From Chlamydiota bacterium (GTDB lineage: Bacteria > Chlamydiota > Chlamydiia > Chlamydiales > Rhabdochlamydiaceae), in NCBI GenBank assembly GCA_013287705.1, contig JABDDH010000001.1, positions 359-64,358 of the forward strand: 64,000 nt of DNA, in the 5' to 3' direction. Numbering within the stretch: position 1 is the stretch's first letter; each line of letters starts with the position of its first letter. A program made the translations under genes and the position numbers. The notes under the pieces are model-generated. The model made no database searches and was not told the origin of the DNA. It saw only the letters and a list, made by a program, of their open reading frames with translations. Below, in pieces: positions 31,754 through 41,110 of the stretch.

Positions 31754-32173
31754 ATGCAACAGGAACAACAAGGTAGGACACGAGTTTCCATTACAGAAGC
31801 CGCAAGGATTAATGGCGTAACACGTCAGGCGATCTATGTAGCGATTAAGCAAGGAAAGTTAAAGGCTTCTAAAGACGAAGCGCGTTGGACAATTCATTTA
31901 GATGATTTAGAACTGTATCGCCGAGACAAGTATTCACGTACAAAGTCCATGTTTAATGGGGAACCTTTATTTGATAATATGAAAGGTTACTACTCTATCA
32001 ATCAGATCGCTAAAGTCTTGAATGTTCCACCACAAAAAATTTATTACGCAACACGTGTTGGTCTATTGAAAGCAATGCGCAAGGGTGCAGCTTGGGTAGT
32101 TCACATGGATGATGTGAAAGGTTATCAAGAGAACTATTTAAGTAAGCAGGTAGCTCCTTCTCAAGCGATTTAA
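31754..32173 (+). CDS. euo: Tandem excisionase-type HTH DNA-binding protein, EUO-like developmental regulator
   Basis: Two internal HTH repeats (VSITEAARINGVTRQAIYVAIKQGKLKA..WTIHLDDL and YSINQIAKVLNVPPQKIYYATRVGLLKA..WVVHMDDV). AGGAGG SD. It lies between tsp and recJ-secDF, as I recall for chlamydial euo. Confidence 0.7.
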   Translation: MQQEQQGRTRVSITEAARINGVTRQAIYVAIKQGKLKASKDEARWTIHLDDLELYRRDKYSRTKSMFNGEPLFDNMKGYYSINQIAKVLNVPPQKIYYATRVGLLKAMRKGAAWVVHMDDVKGYQENYLSKQVAPSQAI

Positions 32174-32238
32174 GCTTTTTTTCATACGGTCCCGGAGGGA
32201 GAGCTGGGCCGCTTTGAATCTTTTTTATATTCAAAATA

Positions 32239-32399
32239 ATACCATTTGCAGAAAATAATTGCATATTTGACTATGTCAGCTTGGCAACAAATTTTTTGTC
32301 TTTGCTCGCGCCTTGCCTTATGGCAATGGTCACTTGCTCCAGCCAAAAAATTTGTGCCGCCTCCTTGTCAAATATGCAATTATTTCCTACAAATGGTAT
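32239..32399. repeat. Family B long palindromic element, copy B2 (161 nt)
   Basis: Arms ataccatttgcagaaaataattgcatatttgac and gtcaaatatgcaattatttcctacaaatggtat match at 31/33 as an inverted repeat. The inner arm is ggcaacaaatttttt / aaaaaatttgtgcc. The core ctcgcgccttgccttatggcaatggtc is shared with B1. It lies between convergent euo and recJ. Confidence 0.85.
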
Positions 32400-32403
32400 A
32401 ATT

Positions 32404-34143
32404 TCAGTCAGCTGTTTTTGGTTTTTGGAAATCTCGAATATGGAGCTGAATGCTCGATTTATTCAGAAAATTATTGATGTGCGGTGTAAAGGCCAATTGC
32501 AGAGGAAGATGAGGTTGGCAGATTTCGGGCCGCCTGTGGGCCATCCCAAAACCGATCCCTTCTAAGGCGCGTTCATTCTCTTCTAGATAAAATTTCAGAT
32601 GTAATTTGCCGACTACTTTTGGGCTCCAGGTCTGCATCGCTCTGCTATATAGGACGGGGGCTGGATTTTCATTGCCAAAGGGTTCTAATAGGCTCAGGGA
32701 TTCCATGAAATCAAAGGTTAAATCTTGAAAATTGACCTCAGCATCTAGGTGTAATTTAGTGAGAAGATCCAGGGCTTTGAGTTGATCTGCCGCAGCTGCA
32801 AGAAATTTTTCCTTGAATTTGGAGATCTCTTCTTGTTTGATTGTAAGACCTGCCGCGAAGTCATGACCTCCAAAATTGAGTAAAAGATCGCTATTTTCTC
32901 GAAATATAGGAAGCAAAGGGAACTCTGGAATTGTACGGGCAGACCCTTTCCCGATACCGTGTTCAATTGCGATGATAATTGTAGGGCGATTATACTGCTT
33001 AGCAATGCGGGCTGCAATAATGGCAATAATACCTGGGTGCCATTTATCCGAGGCTAGGATAATAGCGCTCTCTTTGAGAATTTCAGGAGATTGAGAAAGA
33101 AGCTGTTCGACCTCTTCAGAGTCTCTTCTTTCGATCCTTTGTCTTTCAATATTATTTAAATCTAGGTCTTTGGCAAGAGCTTCAGCTTCTATTGGATCGC
33201 GGAGTAAAAGTAGTTCTACCCCCTTTTTAGGGTCATCAATCCTTCCCAGAGAGTTTAGACGCGGCGCAATTTTTGAGGAGATCTCCATAGGAGTGATCTC
33301 TGTTTTAATTTCACTGATGCTAAAGAGCTTTGAAAGCCCGATGCGTCTTGTTTTTTTTAGTTGTTTGAGGCCATATCGAACAAGGATCCGATTCTCTCCT
33401 CGTAGAGCCCCCATATCAGCGACAGTCCCTAAGGCAACTAGATCTAGATACCGTTTGAGATCGACCTTAGAGGGAGGCATCTCACCATCTGCAATCAGTT
33501 GATTTGTGATTGCGTGGGCGAGTTTGAAAGCAACGCCGACGCCTGTAAGGTCTCTGTTTGGGTAGCTACTGTTTTTTAATTTGGGATTGAGAGTGGCAAT
33601 ACAATGGGGTAATTTGTCTGTTGGCTCATGGTGATCTGTCACGATGACATCGATATGGCGTTTTGCTGCAGCCGCGGTCTCTTGAGCTGAGTTGATCCCA
33701 CAGTCAACGGTAATGAGAAGAGAGCAAGAAGCTGCTGCTGCGTAATCCAGTGCATCGAGAATCAGACTCTGTTTCAAAGATGTTCGATTGGGGATATAGA
33801 AATCGACAGAGGCGCCAATATAGTCTAAAAATTCTGTTAAAAGTGCAGTTCCTGTAATTCCATCGACATCATTATCGCCATAAATCAAGATTTTTTCTTT
33901 GAGGTGTAAAGCCTGCAGGATGCGTGTTACTGCTTTATCCATATCTTCAAATAAATAGGGGTCGAGTAGGTCGGGTAATTTGGCGTATAGGTAGTGATGG
34001 ATTTCATCTAGAGTTGTAAACCCGCGGGCGACAAGAATTTGTGCAGTTACTGGATGGATGTGAAATTCTTCAACAATTGCTTGATGCCAGATTGGATCGA
34101 TTCTTGGATACACCCAAAGAGGGTCGTGTGTTGTATGACGCAC
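32404..34143 (-). CDS. recJ: Single-stranded-DNA-specific exonuclease RecJ
   Basis: DHH motifs (IYGDNDVDGITG, VTDHH, GGHDFAAG). Confidence 0.93.
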   Translation of the reverse strand: MRHTTHDPLWVYPRIDPIWHQAIVEEFHIHPVTAQILVARGFTTLDEIHHYLYAKLPDLLDPYLFEDMDKAVTRILQALHLKEKILIYGDNDVDGITGTALLTEFLDYIGASVDFYIPNRTSLKQSLILDALDYAAAASCSLLITVDCGINSAQETAAAAKRHIDVIVTDHHEPTDKLPHCIATLNPKLKNSSYPNRDLTGVGVAFKLAHAITNQLIADGEMPPSKVDLKRYLDLVALGTVADMGALRGENRILVRYGLKQLKKTRRIGLSKLFSISEIKTEITPMEISSKIAPRLNSLGRIDDPKKGVELLLLRDPIEAEALAKDLDLNNIERQRIERRDSEEVEQLLSQSPEILKESAIILASDKWHPGIIAIIAARIAKQYNRPTIIIAIEHGIGKGSARTIPEFPLLPIFRENSDLLLNFGGHDFAAGLTIKQEEISKFKEKFLAAAADQLKALDLLTKLHLDAEVNFQDLTFDFMESLSLLEPFGNENPAPVLYSRAMQTWSPKVVGKLHLKFYLEENERALEGIGFGMAHRRPEICQPHLPLQLAFTPHINNFLNKSSIQLHIRDFQKPKTAD

Positions 34144-34293
34144 GATGAGCGCTCCTTATCTTATTCTCGAATTATAGCGAGGGTGGTTCAAAAATCGGTT
34201 TTTTGAACCACCTCTGGTATGTTTTGGATCCTAGCAGGACGCTCGCTCTTTGTCATCAAATAAAGATGCGACAATTGTGCGATTCGACTCCAC

Positions 34294-34474
34294 CTAGTAC
34301 CCGAACACATTAGTTTTTGTGGGTAATTTTGGCGTCAAAACCCGCACAATCGACGATCGTAAATTGCTTCGTATTAAATTAATACGGAGCAATTTATGAA
34401 GCCTGCGGTCGATCGATTCTGCGGAGCTTTCACGTTCAAAATTACCCACAAAAACTAATGTGTTCGGGTACTAG
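34294..34474. repeat. Palindromic element D (181 nt; 37-bp perfect terminal inverted repeat)
   Basis: 34294-34330 ctagtacccgaacacattagtttttgtgggtaatttt is the exact reverse complement of 34438-34474. The interior is also self-complementary (ccgcacaatcgacgatcg / cgatcgattctgcgg; aaattgcttcgtattaa / ttaatacggagcaattt). The secDF stop TAG is the terminal CTAG. Confidence 0.9.
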
Positions 34475-37400
34475 AGGAGAACTTCGAGTACCTCTCCTTT
34501 TTTCTCTTCCCGATGATGGAAATATTGCATCAGTGGCGCTGCAATAAAGAGAGAAGAGAGAGTTCCGAAGACGACTCCAATTGACATCACGAGGGCAAAT
34601 CCAAAGATTGTACTGCCACCAAGAGCAATGAGAGGAATTAAGACGAGGAGTGTTGTTCCTGATGTCATTAATGTACGACTTAAGGTGACATTTAAAGCGT
34701 GGTTGATGATGTCGGAGAAGTTTTTACGGCGCATCAGATGAACATCTTCGCGAATTCTATCAAAGACGATAATTGTATCATTTAATGAGTAGCCGATAAT
34801 CGTCATGAGAGCTGCAACTGTGTTCAGATCAATTTGTATAGCGATTCCGAAATAATGGAGTAGAGCGATCGCGGCAATTGTAAAGATCACGTCATGAGCT
34901 GTACAAAGTGTTGCGCTGATCGCGTATTTAAATTCAAAGCGTGCTGTAATATAGATCATAATTGCAATCAGAGCAAGGACTAGGCCGATAACAGCATTAT
35001 TGCGCATGGAATCAGAGATCTGGCCGCTGATAGCTGTCCAATCTTGATCCAGTGTTTGCAGAGATTCTGTCTCCAGAAAGAGGCTATTTGCTTGGAGGAC
35101 ATTGACAATCCAGACAAGGCGCGGGTTACTTTCAAAGCCAAAGCCGAGCTCTTGCTCTGTTGTGGCAAGTGGCATCTGATAGAACGGGCGACCATTTTTT
35201 TCTAGGCTTGGGGCTAAGAAGAGACGGACGGAATTTTTAGAGGAGAGCTCTCTAATTTGGACCTCTTGTTTTGTGATCCCTGCCTTAATTAGCGCATTTT
35301 CTACAGCTTGTCTGCTCTCAATGTCACTTGGGGTTGTTTGCAATTGGAGTGTAACTGCAAAACCTCCCGTAAAATCCATTCCAAAGATTGTCTCTCTTTG
35401 TTTAATTAAAAGAGCTCCTCCAGCTACTATAATTAAAGCTGAAATGATAACAGTCTTTTTTGCGCATTTTAAGAAATTAAACTTAGTATTCTTAATCCAG
35501 CAAGCCATGTCTAATTTTTTATGCTCCGGATTTTGTACCCATCCAGCAAAAAAGTAACGGGTCATAAAGAGAGCTGAGAACATTGAAGAGATGATGCCGA
35601 TAATTAACATCACAGCAAAGGCTTTGATTGGCCCTGAATCGAAGTTAAGTAGAATAAGCGCTGCAATAATTGTTGTTAAGTTAGAGTCTACAATTGCAGT
35701 AAATGCTTTTTTGTATCCAGCATGAATTGCAGAGGCGATTCTTCCGGTTGCTATAAACTCTTCTCGGATTCTTTCAAAGACAAGGACATTGGCGTCGACT
35801 GCCATACCAAGCGTGAGAATGATTCCGGCGATCCCAGCAAGCGTCATCGTCGCTTGAAGATTTTGTAGTGTTGCCCACATAATCAGAAGGTTGAAAAGGA
35901 GAGCGACACTTGCAACAAGTCCACCAAAGCGATAGTAGCTGATCATTAGGCCGCATACGAGAACAAGTGCAATCGCTGTTGCGATAATACCAAGAGCGCG
36001 CTCATGGCTTCCAAGTTCCGGGCTAACATTTTTTTCAGAGAGAATATGCGGGGTAAAACTCAATGAACCTGCTTTTAGATCCGCCTCGAGCTGGTTGATT
36101 TCGCGTTGTGTGAAGCTTCCAGTGATCGATGCCTTGTCGCGCAGTCCCGATTCTAATGTCGGAGCTGTTACGACAGTTCCGTTGAGGATGACAGCCATAC
36201 GCCAGCCTCTTCCGCTTGTGTAGGCGCCGTTAGCTGTTGCGAGCACTGTCTCTTTAGCAAATTGTGAACTCCAAGCAAAGAGATTGTCTCTAGGATTTGA
36301 GTTGCCTCTTTCTTTAATTGCTTGAGAATTTTGGATGCCAAAAGAGAGATAATTGCCTCTGGAAGGGTCGTAGGATGCGCTGACATCTTCTAAGTTTGAG
36401 CCTTCAATTGCAAAGTTCCGGAAGACAATAAGTAATGGGTGGGTCTGTCCATGCCAGTCAGTATAATCATCTCCGCGATAGAGGGCTATTTTGGAGAGTT
36501 CCGTTGCAAAGAGGCCTGTGATAGGACCTTCCTCTGTCCCGCCAAGTCTGAGTCCATTGTCGTATAAAATTTTAGCAGCGCTTGAACGTGGTTGTACAGA
36601 TCTCATGTCAAGGGAATCGCCATATAGCTGTTTTCTGGCAATTTCATTGATCTCTTCACTTGTTTTGCGATTGGTAACAACGGCTTCATTCCAAACATCT
36701 TGTAAGAAGTGGGTTGCACTTTCTGCAAGGCTTTTATTACCCTCGTTGAATTTCTCGTTGACGATATGGAAATACATACTGGAGGCGCGGATCAGTTCTG
36801 CTGCAGAGAGATTTTGAGATCCGGGGAAGTCAAGAGAGATTGTGCTTCCCTCTTGACGGATAGTGACCTCTGAGACCCCCATTTTGTTAACGCGTGTATA
36901 GAGTTCGTTGATTCCTTGCGTAAGATCTGCATCATTTGTAACGCGTTGATTGTTCGAGTCGCGTAGTTCGATTTGGACGCTTTTCCCTCCTGAAAGGTCT
37001 AAGCCCCAATGAAGAATTTTACGTTCATCTCCGCGGAAATATTTTTTTGAGCTCAACTTAAGGTTGTTCCAAAAGACACTTTTTGAGGGTGCAGGGACAT
37101 CGTAGGGCGAGGCTCCATGGATGCGTAGTTTTGCTGCCAGGTAATCATCTCTCCACTTGTGGAGATCTTCATGAATTCGTGTGTCGATCTTATTTTCTGT
37201 CAGGATGCGCTGTTCTAAATTTGACAGTTCTAGGACCGCAAATCGTTTTGTTCCGTGGACAGAAAAGTCTTCCCGTGTGGCTTTTAATAACGTTTGAAAA
37301 TAGCCTTCTTGTTCGAAGATAAAATCGTGAGAGAATTGATTGGCAAAGGCGCGGTAGTTCCCTGAATAGCCTGTAAATCCATTTTGTTGCAAAATTCTAT

Positions 37401-39012
37401 ATAGGGATTCAAAATCTTGCATAAAATGACGCGCCTCTTCGGAATCTGGCGCTGTACGTGTTTTTTGCAATAGGGCATCCATTCCTTTCCCAATGAGGTA
37501 AATCGAGTTCATGCGGAAGCCTTGAGGCGGTTTTTTTGCGCTGAGGGCTGGAGCATAAAGAACAAGGCCGAGCTTCTGTTTTTCTAGTGGCAATTTCTGG
37601 AATTCTTCATAACTGTAGATCGGAAATCTCTCTCTTGCTAGATCGCTAGATTTAGGATGAAAGTTTTGTTCGATCGAGGCTTTTAGTTGGTTGATTTCAG
37701 ACTGAGCAATTGTAGACAAGCGCATCGCAACAAAAGAATTACTTGAATTGAGGTTGGAGAGTGCAATGTGAAACTGCTCTTGATAAGGAGAGAGTTCTTC
37801 GCCTGTTTGACGTGCAATACGGCTGACCTCATTAAAAATGAGTTGATCGATGCGTGGTTTTAAAGCAGGAGACCGTTCCATGATATGGAGTAGATCAGGT
37901 TGGAGTAAGAGGGAAAGTTTCTCTTCGTTCCAATGAATTGTCATTTCTTTAAAAAATGGGTTCTGAGCTCCTAAGAGAATTTTATTTTCTCCATTTTGTA
38001 AAGAGATGGCAAGCGTTGTATAATCTAAAGGGGACTCTCCAGCTGCGAATTCTGTTGCATGCTTTTGTACGATTAGGAGCGCTGAAGAGAGCGTTGCTTC
38101 TTTTGTCAACAAAGCGTTTAGTCTTTCAGATTTAATCAGGCTAAGAGTTCCGTTTTGTTGTTCTTGTTGTAGACCGATGCGCTCAAGTTTATAACTATCT
38201 TTTAGACTCTCTAGGCTTGAGATAAAGTTCTGGACAAGTTTTGGTTTGTTGCTTGATTCAGTTTGAGTAAAACTTGAAAAGTATTGCCGTGCAATTGGGG
38301 AATTCTCTCCAAAAATAGAGACGAAAGAGACGATGTTTTGAGCAGTTTCAGAGAGGACCTCTTGAGCTTGCGGATCTTGTCTGTTGTTCCAGCTAAGTTG
38401 GAGGATCTCTGCAGTTTCTGAAATTCCGCCAATTATTGAGCCGATATAGGCTGCGCGATCTTGAATCAGGAGGCGATAGAACTCGGTTAACTTGCCGGCC
38501 TCGTCTTTTTTCTTAGAAAATTGGAAAAAAGAGTTGAGCTGATTGTGCGTAAAATGCAGTGGGATGCGGCGCAAGACAGTGACAGTTTTTCCGTCTAAAG
38601 AAGAGTCTAGACTCAGTTGTGAAGGGACAAATGAGATTAGACTGCCGGCTCTTGGAAGAAAAGTGCGAAATTTTTTTGCATCTTCTTCCTTTGAAAAAAC
38701 GACGGCAATTTTCTCAGGATGTTCTTTATTTAGCTCAATAGACGTTGGCTTTACGTTAAGTTCTTTACAGAAAGACTTCAGAAAGTCTAGAGCGTCTTGT
38801 TCTAAAGAGTTAACACGCTCGGCCATTGCGAGTTCAATTTTCTCTGCCCGTGCAGCATCAACCGGCTCTTTTAGGGGTTGTGCATAGTAAAAAACGGTTG
38901 GGAGGATATTGTAGACTGTCAAGATGATGACAGCGAGAATAAGAACAAATTGCCAGCGTTTCTGTTTTTCCATAAAGTTCCACGTGAATTGGTTAAGCCT
39001 TTGCAGGAGCAT
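34471..39012 (-). CDS. secDF: Protein-export membrane protein SecD/SecF fusion
   Basis: About 1500 aa with a very large periplasmic domain and two six-TM blocks (GLDLSGG, GMAVDANVLVFERIRE, IIGYSLNDTIIVFDRIRE). The start may be ATG 38973 (MEKQKRW). Confidence 0.92.
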   Translation of the reverse strand: MLLQRLNQFTWNFMEKQKRWQFVLILAVIILTVYNILPTVFYYAQPLKEPVDAARAEKIELAMAERVNSLEQDALDFLKSFCKELNVKPTSIELNKEHPEKIAVVFSKEEDAKKFRTFLPRAGSLISFVPSQLSLDSSLDGKTVTVLRRIPLHFTHNQLNSFFQFSKKKDEAGKLTEFYRLLIQDRAAYIGSIIGGISETAEILQLSWNNRQDPQAQEVLSETAQNIVSFVSIFGENSPIARQYFSSFTQTESSNKPKLVQNFISSLESLKDSYKLERIGLQQEQQNGTLSLIKSERLNALLTKEATLSSALLIVQKHATEFAAGESPLDYTTLAISLQNGENKILLGAQNPFFKEMTIHWNEEKLSLLLQPDLLHIMERSPALKPRIDQLIFNEVSRIARQTGEELSPYQEQFHIALSNLNSSNSFVAMRLSTIAQSEINQLKASIEQNFHPKSSDLARERFPIYSYEEFQKLPLEKQKLGLVLYAPALSAKKPPQGFRMNSIYLIGKGMDALLQKTRTAPDSEEARHFMQDFESLYRILQQNGFTGYSGNYRAFANQFSHDFIFEQEGYFQTLLKATREDFSVHGTKRFAVLELSNLEQRILTENKIDTRIHEDLHKWRDDYLAAKLRIHGASPYDVPAPSKSVFWNNLKLSSKKYFRGDERKILHWGLDLSGGKSVQIELRDSNNQRVTNDADLTQGINELYTRVNKMGVSEVTIRQEGSTISLDFPGSQNLSAAELIRASSMYFHIVNEKFNEGNKSLAESATHFLQDVWNEAVVTNRKTSEEINEIARKQLYGDSLDMRSVQPRSSAAKILYDNGLRLGGTEEGPITGLFATELSKIALYRGDDYTDWHGQTHPLLIVFRNFAIEGSNLEDVSASYDPSRGNYLSFGIQNSQAIKERGNSNPRDNLFAWSSQFAKETVLATANGAYTSGRGWRMAVILNGTVVTAPTLESGLRDKASITGSFTQREINQLEADLKAGSLSFTPHILSEKNVSPELGSHERALGIIATAIALVLVCGLMISYYRFGGLVASVALLFNLLIMWATLQNLQATMTLAGIAGIILTLGMAVDANVLVFERIREEFIATGRIASAIHAGYKKAFTAIVDSNLTTIIAALILLNFDSGPIKAFAVMLIIGIISSMFSALFMTRYFFAGWVQNPEHKKLDMACWIKNTKFNFLKCAKKTVIISALIIVAGGALLIKQRETIFGMDFTGGFAVTLQLQTTPSDIESRQAVENALIKAGITKQEVQIRELSSKNSVRLFLAPSLEKNGRPFYQMPLATTEQELGFGFESNPRLVWIVNVLQANSLFLETESLQTLDQDWTAISGQISDSMRNNAVIGLVLALIAIMIYITARFEFKYAISATLCTAHDVIFTIAAIALLHYFGIAIQIDLNTVAALMTIIGYSLNDTIIVFDRIREDVHLMRRKNFSDIINHALNVTLSRTLMTSGTTLLVLIPLIALGGSTIFGFALVMSIGVVFGTLSSLFIAAPLMQYFHHREEKKGEVLEVLL

Positions 39013-39214
39013 ACTGTCCTATATAAATTCCGTCCATTGAAAAAATCTTTTACTCGAAGCGATAAGGCATTAAAAACATTTTTAGCGCAAGTCTAATGGA
39101 GGCATGTCTCTATTCACTGATTTTTTAAATGTTCATTCGTCTGGGGTTTTGAAAAAACCTTTATATTTCAATTCGGGGATAGGCTAGACTGGAAGGTTAC
39201 ATAAGGGCGCTACT

Positions 39215-39514
39215 ATGCCAAGTTTAATTGCCGTTGGAATTCAGTGGGGGGATGAGGGGAAAGGTAAGGTCGTTGATCTGCTTTCTAAAAACGCCCAACA
39301 TGTTATTCGCTCCCAGGCGTATACAACGCGAGTGGGAAATGGACCTTTTCCTACCGAACTTGGCTCATCAGAGCTCTCCTCTTTTTTAGATCATACTCAG
39401 GCGCGTGCTTATTTAGAGAGGGTTCAGGAGCTTTGTGGAGCTCCCATTAGTCTCATTTCTCTTGGTCCAGAGCGTGAAAAAACAATTTTTTTAAGACAAT
39501 TTTTTAAACGATGA
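39215..39514 (+). pseudogene. purA: Adenylosuccinate synthetase (purA) relic, an in-frame mini-ORF of 99 aa
   Basis: It retains the PurA N-terminus ([16 protein letters not shown]), a mid-segment ([15 protein letters not shown]) and the C-terminus ([29 protein letters not shown]). About 330 aa of intervening sequence, including catalytic regions, is missing. The stop overlaps the uppS ATG (ATGA). Confidence 0.8.
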
Positions 39515-40266
39515 CAACAGAAGTAGAAGAAAAGATCTATACTCAAGAGGAGCTTTTAGAGCTCGATCCCTCCTCTATTCCAGAACATGTGGCAATTGCT
39601 ATGGATGGCAATCGCAGATGGGCGAAGAAGCGATTTTTACCAGCAATAGCCGGCCATTGGAGAGGGGCTGATACGCTCATGCGCGTTGTTGAGGCAGCCG
39701 CAGAATTGGGAATTAAAGTTCTAACAGTCTACACCTTTTCCACCGAAAACTGGCGACGCTCTTCAGAAGAAAAAGAGGCTCTTTTTCTTCTATTTCAGGA
39801 GTATTTGACTCGGTGGAGAAATCAGATGGCGGACGAAGGGGTAAGGGTTGATACAATTGGAGATTTGAGTCGATTTTCTCAAGATTTATGCGACGTTTTA
39901 GAAGAGACAAAGCGGGTGACCTCTGAAGGGACGCGAATTCAACTTGTTCTTGCGATGAATTATGGCGGTAGGGATGATATTCGTCGTGCTATTAGATCGA
40001 TTCTTGACGATTATTGCGCTGGAAAAGTGACAAGAAATGGTTTGACAGAAGAGGTTATTGCCGATTATTTAGATACTGCCAAGTGGGGAGATCCGCAGCT
40101 TTTGATTCGTACTGGCGGAGAGCTTCGTGTTAGTAATTTTTTAATCTGGCAAATTTCTTATGCGGAGCTTTATATTACAGATGTTTTATGGCCCGATTTT
40201 AATGAAAAGGAATTGTTAAAATCAGTTTTGGCGTATCAGCAACGAAAGAGAAGAATGGGAGGATAG
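39511..40266 (+). CDS. uppS: Undecaprenyl-diphosphate synthase
   Basis: [22 protein letters not shown] and [18 protein letters not shown] motifs. Confidence 0.93.
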   Translation: MTTEVEEKIYTQEELLELDPSSIPEHVAIAMDGNRRWAKKRFLPAIAGHWRGADTLMRVVEAAAELGIKVLTVYTFSTENWRRSSEEKEALFLLFQEYLTRWRNQMADEGVRVDTIGDLSRFSQDLCDVLEETKRVTSEGTRIQLVLAMNYGGRDDIRRAIRSILDDYCAGKVTRNGLTEEVIADYLDTAKWGDPQLLIRTGGELRVSNFLIWQISYAELYITDVLWPDFNEKELLKSVLAYQQRKRRMGG

Positions 40267-40267
40267 A

Positions 40268-41110
40268 ATGTTCAAGAGTTTACCGGACCTAAGCCAGCGG
40301 CTCTTGAGTTCTGCCCTTGTTGTTGTTTTATCCATTTTTTTAATTTATTTTTCCATGAATCCCTGGGTCACGCCTTTAGTTGTGGTCGCTATGGTGGCTC
40401 TTGCAACGGTGGGTCTTTGGGAGTACCTCCGTTTTGCAGAAGTCAAGGGAATCGTGCTTCCGAATAAGGGAGTCTTGCTCATTGGAGTTTTATTGACACT
40501 CGCCTTTTTTGTCGCTTTTCGATTTTCTTTAACATACATTATTCCTTTTGCGGTTTTGTTTGGAGGATTTGTCTCTTTATTTCTCTACCATTTTAAAGAT
40601 TCTTCTGGAGCGCTGGCACGTCTGGCTATTGAGTTTTTCGGAATTTTTTATGTCGTTGTGCCGATAGGTCTTTTAATAGGGATTCTTTATGAGCCGTCAG
40701 GCAACGGAAGGTATTGGCTATTTTATTTGATTGCGGTAACAAAAATCACGGATGTTGGGGGCTATTTTGTAGGGAAGCTCTTTGGGAAAAAGAGATTTGC
40801 TCCTATGCTGAGCCCTAAAAAAACAATCGAGGGGGCGGTAGCCGGATTCCTCGCGTCCCTTGCTTTAAGTCTTATTTTTTATTTCTGGATGCACTCTACT
40901 CTTAACTTCTCTTTTTCTCAGGCAGTGATTTTAGGCCTCGTTATTGGAATTTTTTCTCAAGTTGGTGATTTTGCTGAATCTCTTTTGAAACGCGATGCTC
41001 TTGTCAAGGATAGTAATAGTCTGCCAGGACTTGGTGGGGTCCTTGATATGATCGATTCTCTCCTTTTTACAATACCTCTTCTCTACTTTTTCTTGTATTG
41101 GACTATATGA
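40268..41110 (+). CDS. cdsA: Phosphatidate cytidylyltransferase
   Basis: A multi-TM protein with the CdsA signature SPKKTIEGAVAG...GDFAESLLKRD...KDSNSLPGLGGVLD. Confidence 0.9.
   Translation: MFKSLPDLSQRLLSSALVVVLSIFLIYFSMNPWVTPLVVVAMVALATVGLWEYLRFAEVKGIVLPNKGVLLIGVLLTLAFFVAFRFSLTYIIPFAVLFGGFVSLFLYHFKDSSGALARLAIEFFGIFYVVVPIGLLIGILYEPSGNGRYWLFYLIAVTKITDVGGYFVGKLFGKKRFAPMLSPKKTIEGAVAGFLASLALSLIFYFWMHSTLNFSFSQAVILGLVIGIFSQVGDFAESLLKRDALVKDSNSLPGLGGVLDMIDSLLFTIPLLYFFLYWTI

Noticed and set aside
31754-32173. Prophage excisionase or mobile-element remnant
   Set aside because: There is no integrase, att-like repeat or phage gene nearby. The tandem HTH architecture and conserved neighbourhood fit the chlamydial EUO regulator better.
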